Source: Acholeplasmataceae bacterium (GTDB lineage: Bacteria; Bacillota_I; Bacilli_A; Acholeplasmatales; Acholeplasmataceae). Taken from it: a stretch of 64,000 nt of DNA. The position numbers were made by a program, and so were the translations under genes. Position 1 is the stretch's first letter; each line of letters opens with the position of its first letter. Below are positions 30,868 through 41,400 of the stretch, piece by piece. The DNA is taken from contig OY763415.1 in assembly GCA_963667565.1 (NCBI GenBank), positions 1,312,001 through 1,376,000 of the forward strand, given 5' to 3'. Under the pieces are notes generated by a model. It was not told the DNA's origin. It searched no databases and saw only the letters and a program-made list of their open reading frames with translations.

Positions 30868-31565
30868 TTATTTTCACTCTTTTCATGAATCCATTTTGCG
30901 TCTTCTCGTCTTGCGAATGTATAAGAGGTTGTGACTCCATATTTTGAATAGTCAGCAACGACATATGCTTCTTTACTATGATTAATGACTAATTCTTTGA
31001 TTAAACCTTCTTTTTGATCTGGTGTTGAATACCCTTGTTCTGTCACACCATTTGAACCAACAAACGATTGATCAAAATGCACTTTCTTTAAATACTCAAC
31101 TGCAAATTCCCCAACGACTGCTTCAGTGACAGATTTAACTTCTCCACCTAAAATATAGACTGGTAATCCTTTTTTAGCGAGTTCTCCTGCAACATCAATA
31201 CCATTAGTAACAAATCTACAATTTTCACATTGAATAAATTGGATCATCTGTTTTGTTGTAGTACCAGCATCTAAATAAATAACTGAATGATTTCTAAGAA
31301 GTTGTGCAGCTTTTTTAGCAATCACTTTCTTTTCTTCTGCTTGCATTTTAGAACGTTGCTTTATTTGAATATCAATATCACTTTTATCACTAATAATGAC
31401 ACTACCATATAATTCTATGACAAGTCCTTTATCTGCAAGATCTTTAATATCTCTACGGATAGTTGATTGGCTTGCTTCAATAAATTCAGCAATATCAGAG
31501 ATTTGAACATCTTGATGTTCTTTTATGTAATTATAGATTAATGTTAGTCTTTTACTTTTTTGCAT
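30864..31565 (-). CDS. fruR: DeoR-family fructose operon repressor
   Basis: S.STIRRD HTH, YLDAGTT, VTNG, GYSTPD; start moved to ATG 31565 because the track's TTG lies in the -35 box. Confidence 0.88.
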   Translation of the reverse strand: MQKSKRLTLIYNYIKEHQDVQISDIAEFIEASQSTIRRDIKDLADKGLVIELYGSVIISDKSDIDIQIKQRSKMQAEEKKVIAKKAAQLLRNHSVIYLDAGTTTKQMIQFIQCENCRFVTNGIDVAGELAKKGLPVYILGGEVKSVTEAVVGEFAVEYLKKVHFDQSFVGSNGVTEQGYSTPDQKEGLIKELVINHSKEAYVVADYSKYGVTTSYTFARREDAKWIHEKSENK

Positions 31566-31608
31566 TGTATCATTCCCCTCTTTACTCACACAGGAAGTGT
31601 TCGTATGG

Positions 31609-31637
31609 ATTATATCGCTATTTTCAAACTTTGTCAA
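31609..31637 (-). promoter_or_regulatory. Consensus sigma70 promoter of fru operon
   Basis: Minus strand TTGACA-N17-TATAAT, perfect consensus. Confidence 0.85.
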
Positions 31638-31700
31638 TCTTTTTCATATTTTTTCTGATTTTGTTCGTGAACTAAAGAATAAATTTGTACATATAAACAT

Positions 31701-31726
31701 AAAAAAACTTTCCAAAAGGAAAGTTT
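31701..31726 (-). terminator. Rho-independent terminator
   Basis: AAACTTTCC-TTTT-GGAAAGTTT + T run on minus strand. Confidence 0.7.
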
Positions 31727-31754
31727 AACTATTTGATATGATTATTTTAAATTG

Positions 31755-32546
31755 TCACGATATATGTGTATATTCTTTTTGAAACTTGTTCAATAAAAGA
31801 TAAATAGTTAAAGAAAGACAAAAACTTATACCAATAACATATGGTTCAAAAATTGAATATATTTCTATAAATGGATTAACATATTGAAAATCAATCGAGT
31901 TTATTTCGATAGGCGATGTAACTAAATAGATTACAATATAGACAATAGATAAAAACACTAACAAACTATAAATAACCTTTAATGCTTCGGGATTAGCTCT
32001 TTTTGAAATGTTTGTTTGGTAGAGATTGTTTTCCAAATCTTTTAAAAATTTCATGAAAGTTTGTATGATAAAAACGACATAAATAAATATCATTAAATAA
32101 ATCACAAAAGTCACGATTCCCTCACCGTAATTGACAATCAATTCACTGACCAATATGAACCCCAATATGACAAATACCGCACTGAAAATCCACAAACCAA
32201 TTCTAAATATGACATATGCAGCATGAACTGTCTTCGCCATCATTTCATTGTTTCTTTGTCTTGCACCTATATAGATAAGTATCCATATCAGTGGTGTAAT
32301 CATAGATATTAATATGCTCAGATATGCAGAAAAACCAAACGGTTTTACTGTATATTCATCTGGTCCAAACAATGAAGGTTGTGCTGGTACTACAATCTCA
32401 ATTTGTGAAAACTTTATGAGTAAAATGGTAGAAATAATAAATAATAACATAGAAAGTATAACAATAATAAGCATTTTAATACTTCCGCCAATGTGATATA
32501 AGCGTACTAAATCCTTTTTAAAATCTATTTCCTCTTCCTGAGACAT
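31755..32546 (-). CDS. Multi-pass membrane protein, unknown function (paralogue of next gene)
   Basis: About 6 hydrophobic segments; RBS AGGAGG; shares RL.HIG...KML..V.LS...IEIV.P with 32667-33467. Confidence 0.8.
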   Translation of the reverse strand: MSQEEEIDFKKDLVRLYHIGGSIKMLIIVILSMLLFIISTILLIKFSQIEIVVPAQPSLFGPDEYTVKPFGFSAYLSILISMITPLIWILIYIGARQRNNEMMAKTVHAAYVIFRIGLWIFSAVFVILGFILVSELIVNYGEGIVTFVIYLMIFIYVVFIIQTFMKFLKDLENNLYQTNISKRANPEALKVIYSLLVFLSIVYIVIYLVTSPIEINSIDFQYVNPFIEIYSIFEPYVIGISFCLSLTIYLLLNKFQKEYTHIS

Positions 32547-32604
32547 CGTTTTACCCTCCTATACGATGATGATTTAAATCGTAAAACATTCTATTTACAT
32601 AAAC

Positions 32605-32641
32605 AAAAAGGCATACAAGATTTAATCCCTTGATGCCTTTT
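32605..32641 (-). terminator. Rho-independent terminator
   Basis: AAAAGGCAT...ATGCCTTTT hairpin. Confidence 0.6.
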
Positions 32642-32666
32642 ATCATTTATGTTTCTTTTAAATTTA

Positions 32667-33467
32667 TCAAACTTCAGTAAACTCGGATTTCAATTGTCTT
32701 AAAACCAATATCATGGCTACTGACAATAAAAGACCGATTGCACCAATAATCGATGATAATGGTTCTAAAGCATCAAATAGTGGTTGTAGATATTGATCAT
32801 ATGGTGTTTGAGATACTGCATCTGTTGAAGCAAATCCTAAGAGTGTTGAAATGAGCGTTAATCCAAATGATATATATAACAAAATCAATACAGATGAAGG
32901 ATCAGCTTTAGTTAAAACCAATGATTGATCTAAATTGCCTTCTAAATCAAATAAGAACTTAACAAAGATTCTAATGATCACAAGGAAAATTGCGAGCACT
33001 AATCCTAAAATAACTAAGAGCACTAAAGCAATACCAGGTACAACTAAGAGCATGATTATACTTAAAAGTCCAAATAAACCAAACACAACAATCATAAACC
33101 ATTTGTATATTTTTAATATCGTTTGTGCTGCGTGTACTGTATTTGCCATTAACATATTGTTTTTAGATTTAGCACCTAGATAAACAAGTAATAATAATAG
33201 CGGTGGAATCGCAGAGATAACAATTGAAAAATAATACGAAAATGCATAATCATTTAAATTAACATCAGGCATACCATCCACAGGGATAACAATCTCAATT
33301 TGAGCAACCTTTAATAAAAGATAAGCCGAAAGACCAAACTGTAGTATTGAAAGTAATACTACCAATAACATTTTCATACCGCTACCAATATGAAACAAAC
33401 GATTCAAGTTATTTTTTGTAACTTCTTCGTTTTCATTTTGAACGTTAAGTTCATCATTTTCAAACAT
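32667..33467 (-). CDS. Multi-pass membrane protein, unknown function
   Basis: About 6 hydrophobic segments; RBS GGAGGGG. Confidence 0.8.
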   Translation of the reverse strand: MFENDELNVQNENEEVTKNNLNRLFHIGSGMKMLLVVLLSILQFGLSAYLLLKVAQIEIVIPVDGMPDVNLNDYAFSYYFSIVISAIPPLLLLLVYLGAKSKNNMLMANTVHAAQTILKIYKWFMIVVFGLFGLLSIIMLLVVPGIALVLLVILGLVLAIFLVIIRIFVKFLFDLEGNLDQSLVLTKADPSSVLILLYISFGLTLISTLLGFASTDAVSQTPYDQYLQPLFDALEPLSSIIGAIGLLLSVAMILVLRQLKSEFTEV

Positions 33468-33568
33468 GTAAAGCCCCTCCTAAATATATAGTTACTTTTA
33501 TTATAAAATAAAATTTCGATTTTATTACATAAAAAATAAAAAAGGATTCAATGAAGAATCCTTATGAT

Positions 33569-34705
33569 TTATTTAGAGTGAATTTGACGTTCTTGAACCT
33601 TTACCCATCGATATCCTTTGATATGTGTTGGTGGAAGTCTTCTTTGTGTATAAATATAATAATCAGTTGATTTATTTTCAAGATCAACTTCCAAATAATA
33701 TCCTTCTTCTCTGTATGATCCAGGTGTGAATTTTGTAAATTGGTCAAAATTAACCATCTTAAGTGATAATAATTGCATTTCATCTTCAGTAATTCTAACA
33801 AAAACATTTTTATCATTAATCGTTTTAGGAAGCAACAAATTCTCTACAAGAACGACTCGGTTTGAAGTTTTCCAGTCCTTTGAAATTTCAAGATAATACC
33901 CATTATTCGTAGTACTTTCAGGCGCTAATTGATTTCGTAATTTGAAATTTTTAAGACTCATACTTTCTTGTATGTACACATCATTAGACTTTAATTGACT
34001 AGGATCTATAATGTCTCTACCACTTACTTGAATCCATCGATAACCTTTGGCATGAGTTGGTGGTAATTTATGTGTATTATAAATATAATATTCTGTTGAT
34101 TGGCAGTTTGTATCAACTTCAAGATAGAACCCTTCTTCTTTAAATGAACCTGGTGTAAATCTTTGATATTTGCAAAGATTAGCAGCAAGTAAAAAAAGTT
34201 TTCTTTCACTTGGATTAATATGAATGTAATAATCTCCGTTGGTTTTGAAATTTGGCAACTCATTTTGAGTCACTTCTACAACTCGATTTGATGTGTGGTT
34301 ATATTGATCCACTTCAACATAAAATCCATTTTCTACATGATCAAACTCTTTATATGCTGTTCTTTTTGAAAAATCAGGGATTGTAACAGGTGCTAATATG
34401 AGTATCTTTTCTTCAGAAGTCTCTGAGGTTTCGACATGATATGTTTTTTCTGTTTCTTTGACTGGTCTAATGTGGATATAATACAAATATTGTCCATGTA
34501 GAATAGCAAGTGCTATCGTAATATACGCTAGATATTGTATCCATTTGAAATTTTCAATTATTGTACAAGAAAAACTATTTTCTACACTGCATATTCCAGA
34601 TTGAAATGTCCATAAAAAATAATTTAATATCACACTGATTGTAACGATAATTAATAAAATTGAATAATCATAAAATTTTAGCGGTCTTTGTTTAAACATA
34701 TTCAT
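33569..34705 (-). CDS. Two-TM protein with duplicated tandem small domains (YjzC-like)
   Basis: Two N-terminal TMs; internal duplication of NG.Y.E...SNRVV.V...LP / FTPGS..EEG.YLEVD...T.YYIY....LPPTH.KGYRW. Confidence 0.75.
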   Translation of the reverse strand: MNMFKQRPLKFYDYSILLIIVTISVILNYFLWTFQSGICSVENSFSCTIIENFKWIQYLAYITIALAILHGQYLYYIHIRPVKETEKTYHVETSETSEEKILILAPVTIPDFSKRTAYKEFDHVENGFYVEVDQYNHTSNRVVEVTQNELPNFKTNGDYYIHINPSERKLFLLAANLCKYQRFTPGSFKEEGFYLEVDTNCQSTEYYIYNTHKLPPTHAKGYRWIQVSGRDIIDPSQLKSNDVYIQESMSLKNFKLRNQLAPESTTNNGYYLEISKDWKTSNRVVLVENLLLPKTINDKNVFVRITEDEMQLLSLKMVNFDQFTKFTPGSYREEGYYLEVDLENKSTDYYIYTQRRLPPTHIKGYRWVKVQERQIHSK

Positions 34706-37700
34706 TTACTCATTTCTTTTTCTTTTTTTAATTATAACAACCAATATGGTTCCTACGACTAGCCATGAAGCATTAATAATATAGTATATCCAAATAGGTT
34801 CAACCGTGATATCAACATTAACAATCGCTTGATTACCTGAACTATCTAAAACACTGATCGTAAGCGTATAATTACCTGGTTCAAACACTGATACGTCATC
34901 TGAAATAATTTCAAATTCACGATCGTAATTATCTGTTACAGATAAGATTTCTGAGATAGCTTTTGAAATGCTCTCACCATGCTTAATGGTAATATTCTCT
35001 GAGAGAACAACAACTTCTGGTGCAATCGTATCTTCAACAACAATGGTTAAAATGATTTCTGGAGAAACATTTCCTGCTTCATCTGTTGATACATATGTTA
35101 CATAATACGTTCCAAGAAGATGCGTATTCACATTAGATGTGACATCACAAGTGACTTCTATATCATGATTATCAGACGTTGTGCATTCTGGAACGATAAA
35201 ATCTGTATTCACTTGGTGATAGATAATGTCTTCAACATTAATATCACTAAAACTAATTGTTGGTGCTTCTATGTCTAAATACATTGCATTTAATACTAAA
35301 TTTGTAGATGGCATTGTTGATGGTACAGTTGTATCCCAACCTATAAACTCATATCCATCTCTTTGTGGAATTAATGGAAATAATAAATCACTTGTGTCCT
35401 GGCCAAATATATAGTTTTCGGTTTGAATAATTGAGCCATCATAGTTAGTAAATTGAATTGTATAGATGTTTGCAACCCATTTTGCATATAATGTCACGTT
35501 ATTTGTGAGTGAAGATTCACTTGTGAATGGGTCTTGTAATTCTGGATCTTGATACCACCCGTCAAACGTATAGCCTTCTCTTGTTGGATCTTCTGGTAAA
35601 GTCACTTCACTTCCATAGTTTTGAGTAACATTTGATGTTGAACTTCCACCATTGGTATTAAACGTGATTGAATATTGTATAGGTGTCCATGTAGCACTTA
35701 ACATCATATCCTCTGCGGGCATCGTTGATGGTATTTCCATATCCCATCCATTAAATGTATACCCTTCTCTTGATGGATCTTCTGGTGCTGTAATGGCTGT
35801 TCCATAGTTTTGTTCTATGCTTGTTACTGATGTGCCACCATTGGTGTTAAATGTGATCGTATATGCATTGATGCTCCACTGTGCAGTAATCACTAAATCT
35901 TCTGCGGGCATTGTTTGAGGAATCGCTATATCCCATCCATTAAACGTATAGCCTTCTTTTGTAGGACTATCTGGTATCGTCACCTCACGTCCATATTCAT
36001 CAGTGATGTTTGTTACTGACGTGCCACCTTGTGTGTCAAATGAAATCGTATATGCATTGGTTAACCATCTTGCATATAACGTGAAGTCTTCTGCTGGCAT
36101 TGTTGTTTCTTGATATGGTTGCTGTCTTTGATCATCTAGATACCATCCACCAAAGGTATACCCTTCTTTTGTGGGTTCTATTGGTAATGTGATTAATACA
36201 TCATAAGTCACACTTTGATGATCTATGACTGTACCACCTTGTGTATCAAAACTTATCGTATATGAATTAATATTATAACTTGGTGTAATCGTCAAATCCT
36301 CTGCAGGCATTGTTTCAGGAATCGCTATATCCCATCCATTAAACGTATACCCTTCTCTTGTTGGATCTTCTGGTGCTGTAATGGCTGTTCCATATGCTTG
36401 TGTGATGCTTGCTGTTGGAGTTCCACCATTTGATTCAAACGTAATTGTATATGTATTAATCGTCCACGCTGCAGTAAATGTCACATCTTCTGCTGGCATG
36501 TTTGCTGGTATATCAATATCCCATCCATTAAATGTATACCCTTCTCTTGTTGGATCTTCTGGTGCTGTAATCGGTAAACTATAATAGGTTGTTATGTCAT
36601 CAATCACATTCCCGCCTTGTGTATCAAAGCTAAACGTATATTGATTGATGCTATAACTTGGTGTAATCGTTAAATCTTCTGCTGGCATCGTTTCAGGAAT
36701 CGCTATATCCCATCCATTAAACGTATAGCCTTCTCTTGTTGGATCTTCTGGTACTGTAATTTCTGTACCATATGCTTGTGTGATGCTTGCTGTTGGAGTT
36801 CCACCATTTGATTCAAACGTAATCGTGTATGTGTTAATCGTCCATTTTGCATATAAAGTGAGGTTATTAGATGGCATCGTATCTAAAACATATTCTGTTA
36901 ATAATGTTTCATCACTATACCACCCATCAAAAGTGTATCCATCTTTGATTGGATCAGATTTAACAATGGTATCTCCGGGTTGATAGCTGTCAGAAGTTTC
37001 ATCACCATCAAGATTCCATGTGATGACATAACTTCCAGATATCGTTGCAGTATCATTTGCACTTGCTGGATTGCCATTATAATAAATGGTTGCTGAAACT
37101 GAAAATTCACCCAATGAAAAAGAAGATAAATCAACATTAGTACTGTAGGTGTCATCACTTGCAACAATAGCCGTCGCATTGATGACATGTGTACCATCTG
37201 TAATTTCCAAATTAACTGTTTGACCAGTTAATGATCCATTATCTCTTTCATCATTTAAAAGATTATATGCAAGTCCACTAATTGCTACATTTGATGCATT
37301 ATCTAAACTCACTATATCATTACTATCTTTATCAATGAGGGTATCAATGTAAGGTGCAACTGTATTTTGTGTAACTTGTTCTGTATCAAACTCAAATGGT
37401 TGCCCGGCATTTGTTCCCGATGGAATTTCAGTACCTAAATTAATATAGAAATAGCGTGTATTAGAACTATTTGTCATACCCATGACTATATTAATACTTG
37501 AGACTGGAATACTATATTTAGCAATAAATGCGTTTTCTGGCTTTTCTATAGCTGTTGAACCGTTTGTGTCAACTTCACTCCCGGTGATACGTGTTAACCC
37601 TAATTGCTGATTCTCAGTAACATTCAAATTAGTTGGGTCATTCACAATAAGTTCAGAGTATCCATTGATTTCAAAATACTCATTTGTAGTACCATCACCA

Positions 37701-38140
37701 TCTAAATCCATACCTGTTAATGAGAAATTTTTAACACCTACATATTGGTTATTTGCAGTATTATTTGAATCATAAGATGAACCAGCAGCAATAAACTCAA
37801 ATTTATAATTGATTGAGCCATCACTATTGTTCGAATTTCCTAATTTAGCCCAAACATAAAAAGAACTGCTGCTATCTACACCTCCAGAACTAAAATTAAT
37901 ACCATTAATTTCTTCTAAAATTAAGATTGCATCAACACTTTGTGTATCTGTAACAATCGCATTTGAATAACGATATATGGCACCTTGTTGTTTATCTGTT
38001 CCAGAAATTAATACGGGTGTATTTAAATCAATTGTATTAAACTGAACATCAATAACAGTCACTACAGATGCACTCACTCGATTTAATGATAAAATACTCA
38101 CCATCAATACCATTAATAAAACTAAATATATTTTTTTCAT
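34706..38140 (-). CDS. Surface/adhesin-like protein with InlB B-repeats, Ig-like domains and C-terminal TM anchor
   Basis: Signal peptide; about 9 PEDPTREGYTFNGWD..P.TMPAED-type repeats; YYVTYVSTDEAGN Ig-like; TM + KKRKR tail. Confidence 0.88.
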   Translation of the reverse strand: MKKIYLVLLMVLMVSILSLNRVSASVVTVIDVQFNTIDLNTPVLISGTDKQQGAIYRYSNAIVTDTQSVDAILILEEINGINFSSGGVDSSSSFYVWAKLGNSNNSDGSINYKFEFIAAGSSYDSNNTANNQYVGVKNFSLTGMDLDGDGTTNEYFEINGYSELIVNDPTNLNVTENQQLGLTRITGSEVDTNGSTAIEKPENAFIAKYSIPVSSINIVMGMTNSSNTRYFYINLGTEIPSGTNAGQPFEFDTEQVTQNTVAPYIDTLIDKDSNDIVSLDNASNVAISGLAYNLLNDERDNGSLTGQTVNLEITDGTHVINATAIVASDDTYSTNVDLSSFSLGEFSVSATIYYNGNPASANDTATISGSYVITWNLDGDETSDSYQPGDTIVKSDPIKDGYTFDGWYSDETLLTEYVLDTMPSNNLTLYAKWTINTYTITFESNGGTPTASITQAYGTEITVPEDPTREGYTFNGWDIAIPETMPAEDLTITPSYSINQYTFSFDTQGGNVIDDITTYYSLPITAPEDPTREGYTFNGWDIDIPANMPAEDVTFTAAWTINTYTITFESNGGTPTASITQAYGTAITAPEDPTREGYTFNGWDIAIPETMPAEDLTITPSYNINSYTISFDTQGGTVIDHQSVTYDVLITLPIEPTKEGYTFGGWYLDDQRQQPYQETTMPAEDFTLYARWLTNAYTISFDTQGGTSVTNITDEYGREVTIPDSPTKEGYTFNGWDIAIPQTMPAEDLVITAQWSINAYTITFNTNGGTSVTSIEQNYGTAITAPEDPSREGYTFNGWDMEIPSTMPAEDMMLSATWTPIQYSITFNTNGGSSTSNVTQNYGSEVTLPEDPTREGYTFDGWYQDPELQDPFTSESSLTNNVTLYAKWVANIYTIQFTNYDGSIIQTENYIFGQDTSDLLFPLIPQRDGYEFIGWDTTVPSTMPSTNLVLNAMYLDIEAPTISFSDINVEDIIYHQVNTDFIVPECTTSDNHDIEVTCDVTSNVNTHLLGTYYVTYVSTDEAGNVSPEIILTIVVEDTIAPEVVVLSENITIKHGESISKAISEILSVTDNYDREFEIISDDVSVFEPGNYTLTISVLDSSGNQAIVNVDITVEPIWIYYIINASWLVVGTILVVIIKKRKRNE
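36275..36845 (-). repeat. Near-identical intragenic repeat copies at 378-bp (2x189) spacing
   Basis: ATAACTTGGTGTAATCGT at 36275 and 36653; identical TYTITFESNGGTPTASITQAYGT peptides. Confidence 0.85.
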
Positions 38141-38408
38141 TCAACAAACCTCATTAATTATATTTCAATTTTCGTAATATAATTATATTTGTTATTTTGA
38201 ACCATTGTTGCATGATTGCTCATCAAGGGATAAAACATAGATAAATACCCTTTTTTGTAGAAATAATGCCTTTTTTTATCCTTTTTAAATTAAAGTTTGA
38301 TACCTTGAAATATGACAAATCAAATCAAATGAAATATAAATGTATCCGTGATATAATCGCCATAGTAATATTTTATTACGAAGATTGAATTTTATTTACG
38401 GAGGAAAA

Positions 38409-41400
38409 ATGAAAAAAAGAAAATTAATAAAATGGGCAATTTTACTCTTTATTTTATTATCTGGTGGTGCTACTACTGCTGTATTACTTTCAAGTACTGA
38501 TGCACCAACTTTTGATGAAATATCAGATCAAACAATTGCCGTTGGAACTGAGGATATCGACTGGACTACCTACATGGAAAATGTCTTAGGGTCAGATGTC
38601 ACTTTAAATGAAACAGAAGATCTAGTTTCTTATGATGTATTAGGAACATACACAGTAACCGTAACAGCTACAGATGCCAAGGGTAATGTAACTTCCCAAA
38701 CATTTAATGTCACTGTGGTAGATGATGTTACTCCTACACTTTCACTTAATGGTGATGCTTCAATTACTGTTGAGGCAGGTGCTACTTATAATGATTTAGG
38801 TGCTACATTTTTAGATAACTACGATGGTACAGGTCAAGCAACCGTTGGTGGAGATACTGTTAACACAGCAGTCGTTGGTGTTTATGAAGTTGTATATACT
38901 TATTCAGACACATCAGGTAATGATGCTACACCTATAACAAGAACCGTGACTGTTGTTGATACAACTGCACCTACATTAACATTATTAGGTGATCAATTTA
39001 CAACCATTCAGGCCGGTATTGTATATGAAGACTTAGGTGCTTCGTTTTCTGATATTGTCGATGGTACTGGTACAGTTACTGCAACTGGAACTGTAGATGT
39101 CACCACATTAGGAACATATACGCTTACATACACTTATACAGATGCTGCAGGTAACGTTGGACAATCAGTAACAAGAACTGTGACAGTTGTTGATACAACT
39201 GCACCTACAATTGAACTTACAAGTGGTAATGCCATCCAAGTTGAATTAGGTACTACATTTACTGATCCTGGATATAGTGCAACTGATAACTATGATGAAT
39301 CAGTTGATGTCACAGTCACAGGTACAGTAGATAGTGAAACAGCTGGTGTTTATACATTAACTTATACTTCTACTGACCATTCAGATAACGAAGCTACAGT
39401 GACAAGAACAGTTACAGTTTCTGACACAACTGCACCAACAATTTCAATGGTTGGCGAATCAGAAATCACACTTGAATACGGTTCAACTTACACTGAACAA
39501 GGTGCTACTTTTGCTGATGGTCAAACAGCTGGCAATGCTACTGTTGGTGGCGATACAGTTGATACAAATACTTTGGGTACATATGTTGTTACTTATACTG
39601 CTACAGATGCTGCAGGTAATGAAACAGTTGTCACTAAAACAGTCCATGTTGTCGACACGACTGCACCAGTAATCACACTCAATAGTGGATCATCTATGAC
39701 AATTCAGTTAAGTGAAACATTCACTGATCCCGGATATACTGTCACAGATAACGCAGATTCTAATGTCTCTGTAACTGTTAGTGGGAATGTTGATACAAAT
39801 ACTTTAGGTGAATACACATTAACATATACTGCTACAGATGCATCAGGAAATACTTCTACAGTAACGAGAACCATTACAGTTTCAGATGCACCTGCTAGAT
39901 TAGCACAATTTGCAGTCGATGGAGAAACATTTTCAGTAAGATCTTATGCTAAATTGGATAACGGAAATGAAATCTTTAGACTTTCTTTTGATTCTAAACT
40001 AATACTTGTCATATTTGATGGAAATGACGTTGTATTCCAACAAACATTTTTACCAGATGGGCCGTTTTTCAATCCTTCTCAAGTAGCTGAAGATGGACCT
40101 ACTCAAATGTTAAATTCGCTTTTTGTGTTTAGTAATGACTATTTATTCTTAAGTCTCTATGATATGTCTTTAAATACTCAAGTATTATATGCACTTCAAT
40201 TGACTGATTATACCTTAGTAGAATTACCTGTTGGAAATTTTGTGGGTTTTAGCAGTTCAGAAACTGGAATGCTTTATGACAATCAAAACTACTTGTTTTA
40301 CATAATAAGTGGTACTGATAAAGGGATTTATCAATTTGATAGTGACTTAAATCTTGTTTTATTACAACCACTTCTAAATGATTACATGTGGAGTGGTGGA
40401 TATAATACAATTATTCCTAACGAGCTTTATTTAATTACTTTTAGTAGCAGCAACATCGAAGAAAAATTCACATTTGATCTTGTAAATAACACAGTTGAAC
40501 TCGTATCAAATGTATCATTAGATGCAAATAATTTACGTGTAGGTGATTCTGTAAGCTATCGTATCATTGGTGATTATATACTTGAAACGACAACTATTTA
40601 TACCACAAATGATTCTAATGGTTCGTGGGTGTATACTGACACTACTTATACTTCAGTTTTATTTGATCAATCATTAAATGAATTAGCTACATATAATTCT
40701 TATGCGGATTACATGTATACAGACTCAACAAATCAAACGATGTCATACTTCTATTTTACTGAATATAGCGAGACAGGCATTACAATCACACTCTATGATG
40801 CTGACGTTAATTTAATCAACACCTATGAGCTTGGTCTCCAATCTTCTTTCTATTTCACTGATGACTTCAGACTCGTAGTTTTCAATCAAAATACAGCTCA
40901 ATCAGAAGCAATGAAACTCGATGGGTCCGTTGATACATTTGAATTACCTAGAACTATTAATCAAATGAATTTTTCAATCAACCATGATTACACTTCTAAT
41001 ATTTCTATTGGCTTATATTTTGATGCAGAAACACTAACAGTGATTAATGCTATTTATACTGCAGATGGATGGATTTCATTTGAAACGGATCAAAATTACA
41101 CTTCTATTGTCTACAACAATTTAACTAATCAAGTATTTGTTACAAGAGCAACATGGAATTATGACTTAAATCAAACATCAATCGCATATGAGATTTATGA
41201 TATCGCGACTGAAACACTTCATTATGTTGATGCTGTCACATATGATTTTATTTCGAATTATACCAGTGCTGCTCTATTAGTAGGAACTTATACATTATTA
41301 CAAGTGCCTAGCAACAATTCATCTCAAGTGAATACTTTCGTATTATTTGATGATCAATTCAATTATGAATCACTTGACGTTTCATCATACTATATATATA

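Noticed and set aside
38311..38341. TGACAAAT(CAAAT)2 resembling the OmpR half-site or a phase-variable microsatellite
   Set aside because: Only one half-site without an 11-bp partner; repeat tract too short.
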